NCBI GenBank assembly: GCA_964519305.1
Contig: CAZFHY010000011.1
Span: 1-64,000 of the forward strand
Direction of reading: 5' to 3'
Length of the DNA stretch: 64,000 nucleotides
From: Candidatus Undinarchaeota archaeon
GTDB taxonomy: Archaea; SpSt-1190; JASMDC01
The notes under the pieces are model-generated. The model saw nothing but the letters and a program-made list of their open reading frames with translations, ran no database searches and was not told the DNA's origin. This document shows positions 18,303 through 28,613 of this stretch, piece by piece (the stretch's first letter is position 1; each line of letters opens with the position of its first letter). The translations under genes were made by a program, and so were the position numbers.

Positions 18303-18551
18303 GAGCGTGTCACCGCCCCCTGCTAGCGGGGTAGAAGATAAAAATGGGACCCTCGTGCTTTCAAGAATTGTAGTGGGCCCTGTAATCTAATATTTCTTAA
18401 TAGTCTTTTCAAAAAACGTAGTTACGCCCGTATTTGGCGGTAAAACCGCGAAATTACCCGCTAGGACGTGAGGGCAACGACCAGCAACCATAAACGGCGC
18501 CCCACTACCACAGGCTACCATCCGAAATTCGTAGTGAAACGTCCCAGAAAA

Positions 18552-18564
18552 AACCCATTTATAT
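18552..18564 (+). promoter_or_regulatory. BRE/TATA promoter of the giant surface-protein gene
   Basis: AACCCATTTATAT about 30 nt upstream of GTG 18595; an identical 13-mer lies at 36595-36607. Confidence 0.65.
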
Positions 18565-18594
18565 GGTTGCAACCTACCACTTCCACGGGTACAG

Positions 18595-21500
18595 GTGATT
18601 ACTTTGTATAGATTGAAGAGGACCATTGCCGGATTGTTGATTGTGCTACTCCTTTTGGGCGTAGCGGAAGGAGAAGTACCGTGTGAAATACCGCGACCGG
18701 ACATATGTACGCAGGAGTACGCTCCAGTATGTGGCTCAGATGGAGAAACATATGGGAACGGGTGTACTGCGTGTAGCAACGCCGCCGTGGAGCATTACAC
18801 TGACGGAGAATGCGAGGCGCAGGTTGAGGAGAATCCCGAAGGGGACGAACCAGCGGACGAAGGAGAGTCCGATGAAGGCGCGTCCACCCCTCCAGCCGAG
18901 CCGGTCCATCCCGAATGCCCTCTGAACATGGAAGAGGTCTGTTTATGTGAGCAATGTTTCTGCACAACGCCCCGGTGCGTTGTGGACGCTGACTGCTCTA
19001 CAAAGGTCACGTGTGCCTCGAACGAAGTGGACATCTGTCAGGACGAGATCTGTACCTGTATCAGCACTGACGACGTGGACCTGGTGGACGTCAACGACAC
19101 TGCGGACTGGGGGGACGACGAGATCCCGCTCCCGCTAGGGGTTGAGTGCCGTGTCCAGAGCCTCGAGAGCGAGAACATAAAGGACTACTACGATAAGACC
19201 TCACGCCAACTCTGCTCAATCTCTGAAGCATTCTCAACATTCGTTGGCACCGAACCCGACGAGATGAGAGCAAAGGCGGACTATGGTTTCTCTGCAACGC
19301 GTCCAGAATGGTCGGGCGTGCTCACCGAAACCGAGGATTCCCTGGGACGCGCGATCTCAGAGACCGCGAGCGCGGAACAGCGACTCGCTCAACACATGAT
19401 CAAATTCATCAACACCGTAAAGGTAATGATCAATCTCTGTAGCACTGCTGACTACGTTTGCGGCCACGAGTGTAGCCTGTGCGGCGGCGCTGCAAGTGGA
19501 CAGTCACCCTGCTCCTGCGAGGATGAATCGTGCTGTAACTCCCTTGTTACTGAAGACCTTTGCGGTATCGCCCCCACCTGTTCATGGATGCCCAGTGATG
19601 CTGGCGAGTGTGAGGGTAAGCCCGACGGGGAAAAATGCTCTAACGGCGATGGTATCTGCTGTGTCGGTAGACGCGGTGCTGACGACACAGAATACCCCAT
19701 GTGCATCATCGGCGGGATGGAGTGCGGCGAGTTCGGTGAAGGGGCCGGTGGCGAAGATGGAGGTGACGCCGGTGGAGATGAGACCACGTGGACCATCCCC
19801 GATGGCAGCGAACGATTCGAGGACGGCGAATTCCTCTGGAAGCCCATCTCCGAGAGCGATGGCAACCTCGTCATCCTCCTGCCCTCAAGCTACTCAAGCG
19901 ACTGCTCTGTCACCGCAGGCGGGACCCAGGGCGACTATCGCAGCAGGGCCAACGGCGACCGGCCTCACTACAGGTACGGACAACCCGGAAGTGCGTTCGG
20001 TAATAACGTGGAGGTCGTGGCCAACTGTCCAGATGGGGAGGGGGGGCCCTCGGATAACAACGTGGGCGGCGGCGATTGTGCCGACCAGACCGATGGGGCC
20101 AGATGCGGCACTGCGGGAAGATGCTGCGGCAAACGATGCGTCGAGGGTGCGTTCTCATGCGACTCGGGGACATGCTCGCTCAGATGTGCTGGCTTCAGTC
20201 CCGAAGAGTGCCAGATGTTCGACTGTTCAGGCAACAACAGGACCACTTGCGGCGAGACCAATGAGACAAAGGGAATCTGCATGTGGAAATCCTATGATAA
20301 CGTCCCCGGGGACGACGATAACGATAATGATGGTATCAACCGCTGCTACGACAACATGACCTGTGATGCTGATGGGGACAGCATACCTGACCGGGTCGAC
20401 GAGGACATAGACGGTGACGGTATCCCCAATGAGGAAGATCTGGATATCGACGGCGACGGCGTCCCGAACGAGGAGGACCGGCTCCCTGGTGATGATAATG
20501 ACATCACATCGAAGAAGCTGTACGGTATCAAGTACCGCCTCCAACGCTGGGACGAAGATGATGGCTGGTCCAATATCGATGAAGAGGTGGAATGTGTCAA
20601 TGAATGTACCCACGAGTGCATCTGGCAGAACACCTGCCGGGATGGCCCCGATCTTGTCCAGTGCATCTTCGGTAACCAGGACGATGGACAGCAAGGCGAT
20701 TGTGATTGCCAAGGCCGACCGCAGAACAACCAGGTAGAGCAGATCTCCACCGAGGTGACCCCCGGCGAGGGTGAACTGGACTTCGACGGCGACGGAGTGC
20801 GCATCTGTACCGATAACGAGACGTGCGATTCTGACGGCGACGGCATCCTCGACTATGAGGATCAGGACGATGATAACGACGGCACGGTGGACGTGCTGGA
20901 CGAGGACGACGACGGGGACGGCAACCTCGACACGGAGGACCTGCTCTTCGGCGACGATGATGACTTCACGTTCACGACCTACAAGGTGGACGACGACCTC
21001 GACTGTATCCTCAATTGTGGGCCGGACTTCCGACAGTGCGACTCGGACGGCGATGGTACGAACATCCCCCAGGACCCTGACGATGACAATGATGGGACCT
21101 CGGACGAAGACGGCGATCTGGACCAGGACGGGGATTCTCAGGGTAATGGGTGTGTGAACATCTGCAACCTCAACAGCACGCAGGACCTCTGCCTGCCGGC
21201 TTGCCCCAAGGACTGGGAGAGCGGTGCGGACCAGTGCGGACAGTGGTCGGGATCGTGCATGGGTACGATCAACCGCTACTATGAGAACCTATACCTTATC
21301 GAGCACCTTGGGATCCTTGTGAACAACGAGATCAACAACATTGTCACCTATTCCCGGGAGAACAACACTTTGGTGGAGATGGCGACACAAGATAACGAGA
21401 TCAACGTCACTGACATAAGTGAGCTCGATCTCAACTTGGACACCCCGGTCCTTGCGGCCATCATGGACAAGCTTGCGGACAAGGTCGTGGACCAGGCCGT

Positions 21501-24500
21501 GGCCAAGTACGTTGCCGACGTCGTGTTCGCCTTCATTGGCAGGAGCGACGAATTGGCCGGGAACGCAACCATGGTGGGTGAGCTGCTTGATGAGTACAAC
21601 GCGGGGATCGAAGCTAACCGCGAAGCGGTGCTCGCTAACTTGGCCAATCTAGCAAAGCGTAACTGCGACCTCTCGGAGGCCTTACAGTGCATAAACGGTA
21701 AGGGCGCGTTCGATAATGGGCCCGGCAAGTATGGTATCGCCGAGCTGAACAACGAGGGATTCTGGCTCGATCTCGAGAACAACATCACAACGTACTTTGA
21801 CCCTGCGGAGCTCGGGCAGGAACCGCCTGTAGAGATGATCCAGGCCTGTGATGATGACGCTTGCTCCACGAGAAAGGAGGTCGAAACCTTGGACGATGCC
21901 TGTGACGTGCGTGTGGAGGGCGAGGAGCTCGTTCTCGTCACCGAATCGCGAGGCCTCTACAAGGACTATATCCTATTTGTGCCCAACTACAACAATGGGA
22001 CCCTTCCTCAGGAGCTGCAGGTAAAGGCTTCTATCACCGGCGAAGGTTCAAGTGTCGAGGAGAAGACGCTCGTGTTCCCGAGCGCCGATGCTGCGAACCA
22101 TACGTTATCCCTGTCGCTTGCGACCGTATCTTACAATGGTGCTGACCTCCTCGTCCGCTGGGGAGCGGACACACCCGCGCAGATCGCCTGTGAAGAGCCG
22201 TTAGGCGATGTATGCACTCAGGATTACTCCCCTGTATGCGGTTCGGACGGACGCACCCATTCAAACGGCTGCACGGCCTGCTCCACCGCAGGGGTCGAAA
22301 CCTATTCGCCTGGTGAGTGTGGCGCCATCACGCCCGGTACGAGCCCTGAAGGAGCGATATTAGAGATCCGCATCCTTCGTGGCGACCTGCCCCATGTATG
22401 GCGTGTCCACGATGTGGGCCGGCTCTCCAGCGTGGTGAAAGGCGTCGACCGGACCGTGCGGGAGGACCGCGCCCGGCAGTGGGCCCGTAGGACACGGATT
22501 GCATCCATCGATGGCCGCCGGCTCGAGCTGGAGGAGCCCTACGCATACTCGGCATTCATGGCGGGCGTGTTCAAGGAAGCATGCCTGCTCTCGAGCGCGA
22601 ACGTACAGATGCTGGATGCGGACCCGACCATGAGGCCCTCCAAGCTCCTGGACGTAGTCGCTCCGCTGAACAAGATAGAAGAGGTGCTCCCACCGCGGGA
22701 GGATGACATCCTCGGAAGGCTCTTCGCTACCTGGGGAAGCAACGTATCGCTACCCAATCTAATATCCTTCGGTGATCCGATCTTCTCGGCAGAGGATGCG
22801 GTGCGCCAGGACCGGGCGGTGGAGGAGACCAATCAGATGCTCTCGCACATGTGTGTCCAGAACATCGAGCGCGGTACGGGACCGCCTCCCGAGGAACCGA
22901 TCCCCGAGGCTTTCGTGGACACGGGTTTCCATTACAGCTGCGATTCAATAACCTCGGAGGAACTGTGCGGTGCCGGTGAGAGCGTTGCTTACTGTACATG
23001 GGAGAACGGTACATGCGTGAACATCGTTACCAACGATATCCTGCGGATAATCGAGCTCGACAAGATTGAGTTGGACGATTTCACGTTCACCATGCAGGGG
23101 AGCGGTATCGCTCATGACGACCTGTTGACCTATGACACCGCCACGTACGTTTCACCTCAGTGCGTCCCTGCCGTGCTCATGCGGCTTGGCCTGGGCGAGG
23201 ATCTCTGCACGTCATTCGAACAGCTGGCTGAGCTCTTGATGGAGAACAACTGCACGAAGGGCGGGATCATCGATTGTCTGGATACAGAGGCGACAACGCC
23301 ACGTATCACGATGCGCGAGCTCGTCTGGCTCGTTGAATGCCCGTTGGCGGGCGTGACGCCCGGTACCGGCAACGACGGTCAGGACAACGATGGCGACGGC
23401 GCCATCGACGAGGATCCGCTGGACGATCTCGACAACGATGGTGACGGGATTATCGACGAGGACGGTCATGGCGGCGATGGTAAGGACAATGATGGTGACG
23501 GTCTCATTGACGAGGACTGGCGAGATGGTCAAGACAACGATGGTGACGGTCGCATCGACGAGGATGGCGCCGGTATCGATGGCTACAACGCCGATGGCCA
23601 GGACAACGATGACGATGGTCTCATCGATGAGGACGTATGGGATGGCGAGGATAACGACGGCGATGGCCTAATCGATGAGGACGGATGGGGCGGCGACGGT
23701 CTGGACAACGACGGCGACGGCCTAATCGATGAGGATCCGCGCAATGACGTGGACGATGATGGAGATGGCCGCATCGACGAAGATGGTGCTGGTGTGGACG
23801 AGCACTGGCGCGAGGAGGCCGAATGCGATGCTTACACCGTTGAGATTGATGAGCATGCAGGGATGTCCGTGGGTGTCGGTGAGAAACTGACCTACATGGT
23901 CACGATCACCGATACATCCGAAGCGGAGAGCTGCAAGGGACGGCCAATCAGGATCATGGCCACATCTGAAGGCCCCTGTGGTGTTGCGACAGTACCAATG
24001 CCGCTACAGTTCGACCTCGCAAAGGGCGATATAGCGGTCAAGGAACTGGATGTCATCGCATACTATGAGGAAGGGCAATGTATCATCCACGTGGTCGTGG
24101 AGGACGGAGACCGACACGCCGCTGACCGGGAGTTCGCGATATCTCTGGATCCTTCTCTGATCACCCAGGAATGTCTTCCGGGAGAGCATCTTCAGAACGG
24201 GGCCTGCTGCGTGCTCGGCGAGACCTGCTGTCGTAGCTCGGAGGACTGTGCCACCGAGGGGACCTGCATAGGTAACTACTTCATGCCGGCCGTGTGCGGT
24301 CCGGACCACTATTGTCTGACTACGCTTGACGTGGACAAGGTAGAGGACTGCACCAAGCAGGGCAAGCTCTGCAGCGAAGAGCACAAGCGCTGCATGGACC
24401 CGGACGAGCTGAACATCCGAATCGATCTAGCCATTCTGACGATCGTACGGAACGAGTACAAGAAGGGCACGGAGCTTGAGCTCGTAGCTGATGTTGTGGA

Positions 24501-27057
24501 TGTCAATCTGCAGCACGTGCTCGGTGCCGTGGTTAATGTCAAGCTAGGTGACACGGTCGTGGGATTGCAGGAGAGCAACAACCTGTACCGTGGCATCATC
24601 GTACTTGATGTCCCTGGAGACCAAGAGCTGGAAATCACGGCCAAGCGCGGCGAGGACCGGGACGAATACACCAAGACGATAACTGTGTACGAGCTCCTGG
24701 ACTTCGAGATAGAGGCTGTGCCTCTCGCGATTTACCGTGGCGGCACCATATCCGTGCACGTGACACCCAAGGATACATCAGGTGCCGTGCTCGATAACGT
24801 GCTCGTCAAGTACTTCCTCGACGCCGAGGAAGTGTATGGCGAGGGTACAATCGAGATACCCATGGAGGCGTCGGCCGGCGCTCACGGTCTAAAGACCTGT
24901 GTCTTCAAGAAGTACTACAAACCAGGATCCGCGTGTGTCATCCAGGGTGACTATTGCTGCAAGCTAAAGGGTCTGGTGGTGCTCACCGGCGGCTTCGCCA
25001 TGAAGGCCGTCGATACAGAGGGTCGCGAGAAGGGTATATTCTCTCAGGGTGAGGACATAATCGTTGCGGTCACCACCGATGAGGATACTGAGGTTAGCTG
25101 TGAAGCTGGCGGTGAGACTAAGAAATGCACCACGGCAGAGCGCACGTGCTCCGTGACGTTCGCGGGCACTAATTCGGGCGACCTTGAAGTCACATGTACA
25201 GCGTTCGGTATGAGCAAGGTACTACACGTACCCGTCTATCGCAGCATAACCGCAGTAACCCTCTCTCAGAGCCCGACCAAGGTGAAGCCCGGCGATGTCA
25301 TCTCAGTCATCGAGGTTCGCGATGCAGCAGGCCCGGTGACCGAGTACGATGCATATTGGACGGTGGATGGTACCGTTGTGCCTAGTGCACAGCTCGAGGT
25401 ACTCGACGAACCCGGGCTCCATGACGTTGAACTGAAGGTGGCGGCTTCAGGCTATCAGGAGCACACGGAACGTTACACCATGGACGTGGAAGCGGACCGG
25501 TCCTTCAGCGCGACCATGTTACCGGACTTCCAGTCGGTCAATCCGGGCGTTGCGGCCACGTTCACAATACGTGTCACGAACGAGGGTAATGTGAAGCAGT
25601 TGTTCACTCTGAAAGTCGACAGTGCCGAGGTGTTCGCCGAGAAGAGCGAGCTTGAGATCGAGGCGAGTGAGAGCGCCGATATCAAGCTCGTGGTTACCAA
25701 GGATGCGGTGGGCGTCTTTGACATCGGCGCAACGGTCCTTGGTGTCGAGCAACAGAAGCAGGTGAGCGGCCAGCTCGAGGTAGCGACGGAGGAGAAGCGA
25801 GGCGTCAAGATAGCTCTTGTCCAGAAGGAGACCGAGGTCGAGGCGGGCACATCTGTTTCCATCGGCTTCGAGATCTGGAACACAGGTAACGTCGCCGACA
25901 CCTATGTAGTGAGCACCGATGGTATTCAGCTCAAGGATGTCGACATGTCTCTTGGTAGCAATGCTAACGACAAGCAGGTGTTCCCCGTGCTCCTCTCCAA
26001 GGCAGGTACGTACGCGTTCACCTTCACCGTGGAGTCGAAGAGCGATCCTTCGATCAAGGAGAATATCGAGGGCAGCGTGATGGCGTACAGCTACGACTAC
26101 GCCATCAGTCCCGAGGAACTGATGATCGAGGGTCAGATAAACGAGCGCATGGAGTTCGAGTTCACTCTGGAGAACAAGGGCCAGAAGTCCAACACCTTCT
26201 CCTTCTCCAGCAGTGGGGCCGACCTGGTCTTCGAGAAGACCTTCCTTACACTCGGGCCAAGTGAGAAGAAGCCCATCAAGGGTCGCAAGACCGTGAAGGC
26301 AGATTCAGTGGACACCATTACAGTTGTCGATAAGGTGAAGAGCGCTGAGAAGAGCGCCACTCTCAAGTCGGCGCTGGTGCAGGCGTTCACACTGGGCCTG
26401 GACAAAGAGGAGCTCCAGATGATACGGGGCGGCAAGGGTGAGTTCACCATCAACGTGGATAATAAACTCGACGAGGCGCTCACGCTGGACGTTCAGCTCA
26501 GCGCTCCCGGTGGTAAAGAACTGGCGTGGATCACAAAGACCATAACCATCGCTGCCAAGGACACCGGTCAGGAAGCGAACGAGATCACCATCGCCGAAGA
26601 TGCTGAGCTCGGGGAGTTCTCAATCGCCGTGGTTGCGCGGAAGGGTGAGGAGGTACGCTCCAAGGAACTGACAATCCGCGTGGTGCCCGATATTGGTGCA
26701 ATCCAGGACGAGATCAACGCCTTCCTGTCCGACATGGGCGGTGTTGAGGAAGCCATCTCTCTGCTGGAGCGCCAGGGTATCGATCCCGTCTCCGCTAAGA
26801 CCGCCTTCAAGGTGACGAAGGTGTCGTCCATAGAGGTGGACGAGGAGTTCAAGAACGGCCGGTACGACATTGCGACCACGAAGCTCCTGAAGGCCCGCGA
26901 TTCGCTGAAGAAGACCAAGGACGAGCTGGACAACGCCCGCCTCCTGGCGGGAGCGAAGGGGTACACAGGAACGAGCTATGTGATACCCGCGGCCGTGCTC
27001 GTGCTCGTCGCGGCTGCAGCTTTCGCGGCAAACAAGAAGGGCCTGCTGGGCAAGTAA
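18595..27057 (+). CDS. 2820-aa surface protein: two Kazal domains, Cys-rich modules, TSP3-like and DNDGDG Ca-binding repeats, Ig-like stalk, coiled coil, C-terminal TM anchor
   Basis: Signal peptide; CTQEYAPVCGSDGETYGNGC and CTQDYSPVCGSDGRTHSNGC; DxDxDG repeats; V.N.GN CARDB/NEW3-like beta domains; C-terminal YVIPAAVLVLVAAAAFAANKK. Confidence 0.9.
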   Translation: MITLYRLKRTIAGLLIVLLLLGVAEGEVPCEIPRPDICTQEYAPVCGSDGETYGNGCTACSNAAVEHYTDGECEAQVEENPEGDEPADEGESDEGASTPPAEPVHPECPLNMEEVCLCEQCFCTTPRCVVDADCSTKVTCASNEVDICQDEICTCISTDDVDLVDVNDTADWGDDEIPLPLGVECRVQSLESENIKDYYDKTSRQLCSISEAFSTFVGTEPDEMRAKADYGFSATRPEWSGVLTETEDSLGRAISETASAEQRLAQHMIKFINTVKVMINLCSTADYVCGHECSLCGGAASGQSPCSCEDESCCNSLVTEDLCGIAPTCSWMPSDAGECEGKPDGEKCSNGDGICCVGRRGADDTEYPMCIIGGMECGEFGEGAGGEDGGDAGGDETTWTIPDGSERFEDGEFLWKPISESDGNLVILLPSSYSSDCSVTAGGTQGDYRSRANGDRPHYRYGQPGSAFGNNVEVVANCPDGEGGPSDNNVGGGDCADQTDGARCGTAGRCCGKRCVEGAFSCDSGTCSLRCAGFSPEECQMFDCSGNNRTTCGETNETKGICMWKSYDNVPGDDDNDNDGINRCYDNMTCDADGDSIPDRVDEDIDGDGIPNEEDLDIDGDGVPNEEDRLPGDDNDITSKKLYGIKYRLQRWDEDDGWSNIDEEVECVNECTHECIWQNTCRDGPDLVQCIFGNQDDGQQGDCDCQGRPQNNQVEQISTEVTPGEGELDFDGDGVRICTDNETCDSDGDGILDYEDQDDDNDGTVDVLDEDDDGDGNLDTEDLLFGDDDDFTFTTYKVDDDLDCILNCGPDFRQCDSDGDGTNIPQDPDDDNDGTSDEDGDLDQDGDSQGNGCVNICNLNSTQDLCLPACPKDWESGADQCGQWSGSCMGTINRYYENLYLIEHLGILVNNEINNIVTYSRENNTLVEMATQDNEINVTDISELDLNLDTPVLAAIMDKLADKVVDQAVAKYVADVVFAFIGRSDELAGNATMVGELLDEYNAGIEANREAVLANLANLAKRNCDLSEALQCINGKGAFDNGPGKYGIAELNNEGFWLDLENNITTYFDPAELGQEPPVEMIQACDDDACSTRKEVETLDDACDVRVEGEELVLVTESRGLYKDYILFVPNYNNGTLPQELQVKASITGEGSSVEEKTLVFPSADAANHTLSLSLATVSYNGADLLVRWGADTPAQIACEEPLGDVCTQDYSPVCGSDGRTHSNGCTACSTAGVETYSPGECGAITPGTSPEGAILEIRILRGDLPHVWRVHDVGRLSSVVKGVDRTVREDRARQWARRTRIASIDGRRLELEEPYAYSAFMAGVFKEACLLSSANVQMLDADPTMRPSKLLDVVAPLNKIEEVLPPREDDILGRLFATWGSNVSLPNLISFGDPIFSAEDAVRQDRAVEETNQMLSHMCVQNIERGTGPPPEEPIPEAFVDTGFHYSCDSITSEELCGAGESVAYCTWENGTCVNIVTNDILRIIELDKIELDDFTFTMQGSGIAHDDLLTYDTATYVSPQCVPAVLMRLGLGEDLCTSFEQLAELLMENNCTKGGIIDCLDTEATTPRITMRELVWLVECPLAGVTPGTGNDGQDNDGDGAIDEDPLDDLDNDGDGIIDEDGHGGDGKDNDGDGLIDEDWRDGQDNDGDGRIDEDGAGIDGYNADGQDNDDDGLIDEDVWDGEDNDGDGLIDEDGWGGDGLDNDGDGLIDEDPRNDVDDDGDGRIDEDGAGVDEHWREEAECDAYTVEIDEHAGMSVGVGEKLTYMVTITDTSEAESCKGRPIRIMATSEGPCGVATVPMPLQFDLAKGDIAVKELDVIAYYEEGQCIIHVVVEDGDRHAADREFAISLDPSLITQECLPGEHLQNGACCVLGETCCRSSEDCATEGTCIGNYFMPAVCGPDHYCLTTLDVDKVEDCTKQGKLCSEEHKRCMDPDELNIRIDLAILTIVRNEYKKGTELELVADVVDVNLQHVLGAVVNVKLGDTVVGLQESNNLYRGIIVLDVPGDQELEITAKRGEDRDEYTKTITVYELLDFEIEAVPLAIYRGGTISVHVTPKDTSGAVLDNVLVKYFLDAEEVYGEGTIEIPMEASAGAHGLKTCVFKKYYKPGSACVIQGDYCCKLKGLVVLTGGFAMKAVDTEGREKGIFSQGEDIIVAVTTDEDTEVSCEAGGETKKCTTAERTCSVTFAGTNSGDLEVTCTAFGMSKVLHVPVYRSITAVTLSQSPTKVKPGDVISVIEVRDAAGPVTEYDAYWTVDGTVVPSAQLEVLDEPGLHDVELKVAASGYQEHTERYTMDVEADRSFSATMLPDFQSVNPGVAATFTIRVTNEGNVKQLFTLKVDSAEVFAEKSELEIEASESADIKLVVTKDAVGVFDIGATVLGVEQQKQVSGQLEVATEEKRGVKIALVQKETEVEAGTSVSIGFEIWNTGNVADTYVVSTDGIQLKDVDMSLGSNANDKQVFPVLLSKAGTYAFTFTVESKSDPSIKENIEGSVMAYSYDYAISPEELMIEGQINERMEFEFTLENKGQKSNTFSFSSSGADLVFEKTFLTLGPSEKKPIKGRKTVKADSVDTITVVDKVKSAEKSATLKSALVQAFTLGLDKEELQMIRGGKGEFTINVDNKLDEALTLDVQLSAPGGKELAWITKTITIAAKDTGQEANEITIAEDAELGEFSIAVVARKGEEVRSKELTIRVVPDIGAIQDEINAFLSDMGGVEEAISLLERQGIDPVSAKTAFKVTKVSSIEVDEEFKNGRYDIATTKLLKARDSLKKTKDELDNARLLAGAKGYTGTSYVIPAAVLVLVAAAAFAANKKGLLGK
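23371..23790 (+). repeat. Eight tandem DxxDNDGDGxIDED coding repeats
   Basis: Eight copies, arranged as two blocks of four, each block ending GRIDEDGAG. Confidence 0.9.
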
Positions 27058-27070
27058 CCGATAGGGGACC

Positions 27071-27104
27071 GCCGTTGGGGGGCGATTCAACGCCCTCCAG
27101 CGGC
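27071..27104 (+). terminator. 14-bp GC-rich hairpin between convergent genes
   Basis: GCCGTTGGGGGGCG-attcaa-CGCCCTCCAGCGGC with two G:U pairs on the + strand, 13 nt after the giant gene's stop. Confidence 0.55.
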
Positions 27105-27131
27105 AATCATCGGAGATGAACCCAGAGTTGA

Positions 27132-27602
27132 CTAGTCCCAGCGTACAACGGTGGTAGGCATGTTCCCTCGCGGTGTATCCATCCGTCTGTGCTGCTGGAA
27201 TGTACGCTCAGGCTCGAGCTCCCGAACGATGTTCACCAATGATTCCATGACCTCGTCGTCCTCTTCGAGGGAGACCGAGGCGGTCGAGTAGCTCTCAGGG
27301 GTCCCATAGCCGAGATCACGGACGCCCGCAAGAAAATCGTGTGCTGTCGCCTCATCTGCGCTGAGGGTTATTCGATAGACCTCTTTCTCGGTCGTTACAC
27401 CGTCACGGCCCCTGACGATGTCCTGAATCCCACCGGAGGCAGATACATCGGGAAGAGCATCGTAGTGCTCGACAAGGGCCGCTACGTCATAGGTGCGGAG
27501 TTCATCTGCCCTCGGTTCGAACACAGTGCAAGCATCGTTAGCACCGAACTCGGTGTGGATGCTCTTGTATGCGCAGATCGTGTAATCGAGGATTATGTCC
27601 AT
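27132..27602 (-). CDS. Hypothetical protein, tandem paralogue A
   Basis: Starts MDIILDY (ATG 27602); shares motif blocks with 27677-28150; upstream AAAAGGTTTTTAA promoter. Confidence 0.8.
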   Translation of the reverse strand: MDIILDYTICAYKSIHTEFGANDACTVFEPRADELRTYDVAALVEHYDALPDVSASGGIQDIVRGRDGVTTEKEVYRITLSADEATAHDFLAGVRDLGYGTPESYSTASVSLEEDDEVMESLVNIVRELEPERTFQQHRRMDTPRGNMPTTVVRWD

Positions 27603-27676
27603 GTTCCTCACCGGAGCGAAGGGCCCGCACGTGGGCCGGCTTAAAAACCTTTTCTTTTCGCGTGACGGGGGCTACG

Positions 27677-28150
27677 TTACTCCCAGCGGACAGCCATGCC
27701 TTGCTTGGGGCCGTCCGGTGTTTCCACGACGGCGTGCCGGTCATAGTACCGATGGGTCTCGATAGACGTCACCATTGATGTGAGCTGTTCACGAACCTCA
27801 TTGGAATCGTCAGTGGAGATGGAGGCGGGACCGTATTTTTCTGGAGTGCCGTACCCCATGTCCTTCACTTCCTTAAGGAACCGCTCAGCATCCACGCCAT
27901 CACAATTTAGAGTAACGCGATAGACCTCTTTCTCGGCCTTGATACCTCGTGGGTAGCTTGTGAACTCTTGGAGCTCACCGCTCGCTTCCACTCCCGGGAG
28001 CTCGTTGTACCGGGAAACCAGCTCCGCCACATCGTGTGCGCGGTCCTGATCTAGTCGCGCTTCGTACAGGGTCCAGCCCTGTTCCGTGTGACCGAACTCG
28101 TTCTCGAAGCTCATGAACGTGTGTGTAGCGTAATCGAGGATGATATCCAT
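27677..28150 (-). CDS. Hypothetical protein, tandem paralogue B
   Basis: MDIILDY, EKEVYR, GYGTPE, VRW shared with paralogue A; upstream GAAAACCTTAAAA promoter. Confidence 0.8.
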   Translation of the reverse strand: MDIILDYATHTFMSFENEFGHTEQGWTLYEARLDQDRAHDVAELVSRYNELPGVEASGELQEFTSYPRGIKAEKEVYRVTLNCDGVDAERFLKEVKDMGYGTPEKYGPASISTDDSNEVREQLTSMVTSIETHRYYDRHAVVETPDGPKQGMAVRWE

Positions 28151-28222
28151 GGTTGTTCGCCTTGTGACGCGCTCGGTTGCGGGCTGCGTTTTAAGGTTTT
28201 CCTTTCGGGGCGCCGAATATAT

Positions 28223-28597
28223 CTAAGATAAAAGATTCTTCATCCACCATCGCAGTCTGAGGCGCAAGGACCGGCTTCCGTTGATGTCCTCCACCGTGAG
28301 CATGAAGATGAGGTCCTTTCCGGCCATGGGGTGGCTGCCCGATCGGCCGTAACCCTTCTCTGCAGGAATGTACACTTCCTTTTCCTCACCGATCGTCATC
28401 CCGACGAGGGCCTCCTCGAAACCGGGGATTACCTTGTGCTCGCCTACGACCACCTTCTTGGGGCCGTACTTACGCTTGGGTTTGTAGACATCGGCCTGCT
28501 TGGCGTACTCCTTCACGGACGTATCGAAGATCTCGTGACTGTCGGCGTACCATCCGATGTAGGTGACGTCAAGAGCGTCCCCTTCCTTCACGACCAC
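28223..28597 (-). CDS. FKBP-type peptidyl-prolyl isomerase
   Basis: VKEGD..V.YIG, FDTS, VIPGFEEAL.GM..GEEKEV.IP.EKGYG, HPMAGKDL.F. Start approximate, trimmed to avoid overlap with the upstream gene. Confidence 0.9.
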   Translation of the reverse strand: MVVKEGDALDVTYIGWYADSHEIFDTSVKEYAKQADVYKPKRKYGPKKVVVGEHKVIPGFEEALVGMTIGEEKEVYIPAEKGYGRSGSHPMAGKDLIFMLTVEDINGSRSLRLRLRWWMKNLLS

Positions 28598-28613
28598 GGG
28601 ATCTGCCAGCAGA

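Noticed and set aside
19496-20359. 287-aa alternate-frame ORF inside the giant gene (similarly 61943-62794 and 62849-63727)
   Set aside because: Off-frame products of GC-rich Cys/Asp codons with typical A/T/R/S-biased composition.
23371-23790. Regularly spaced DNA repeats as a possible CRISPR array
   Set aside because: The repeats are in-frame, vary at synonymous positions and encode DNDGDG Ca-binding motifs; there are no unique spacers or cas genes.
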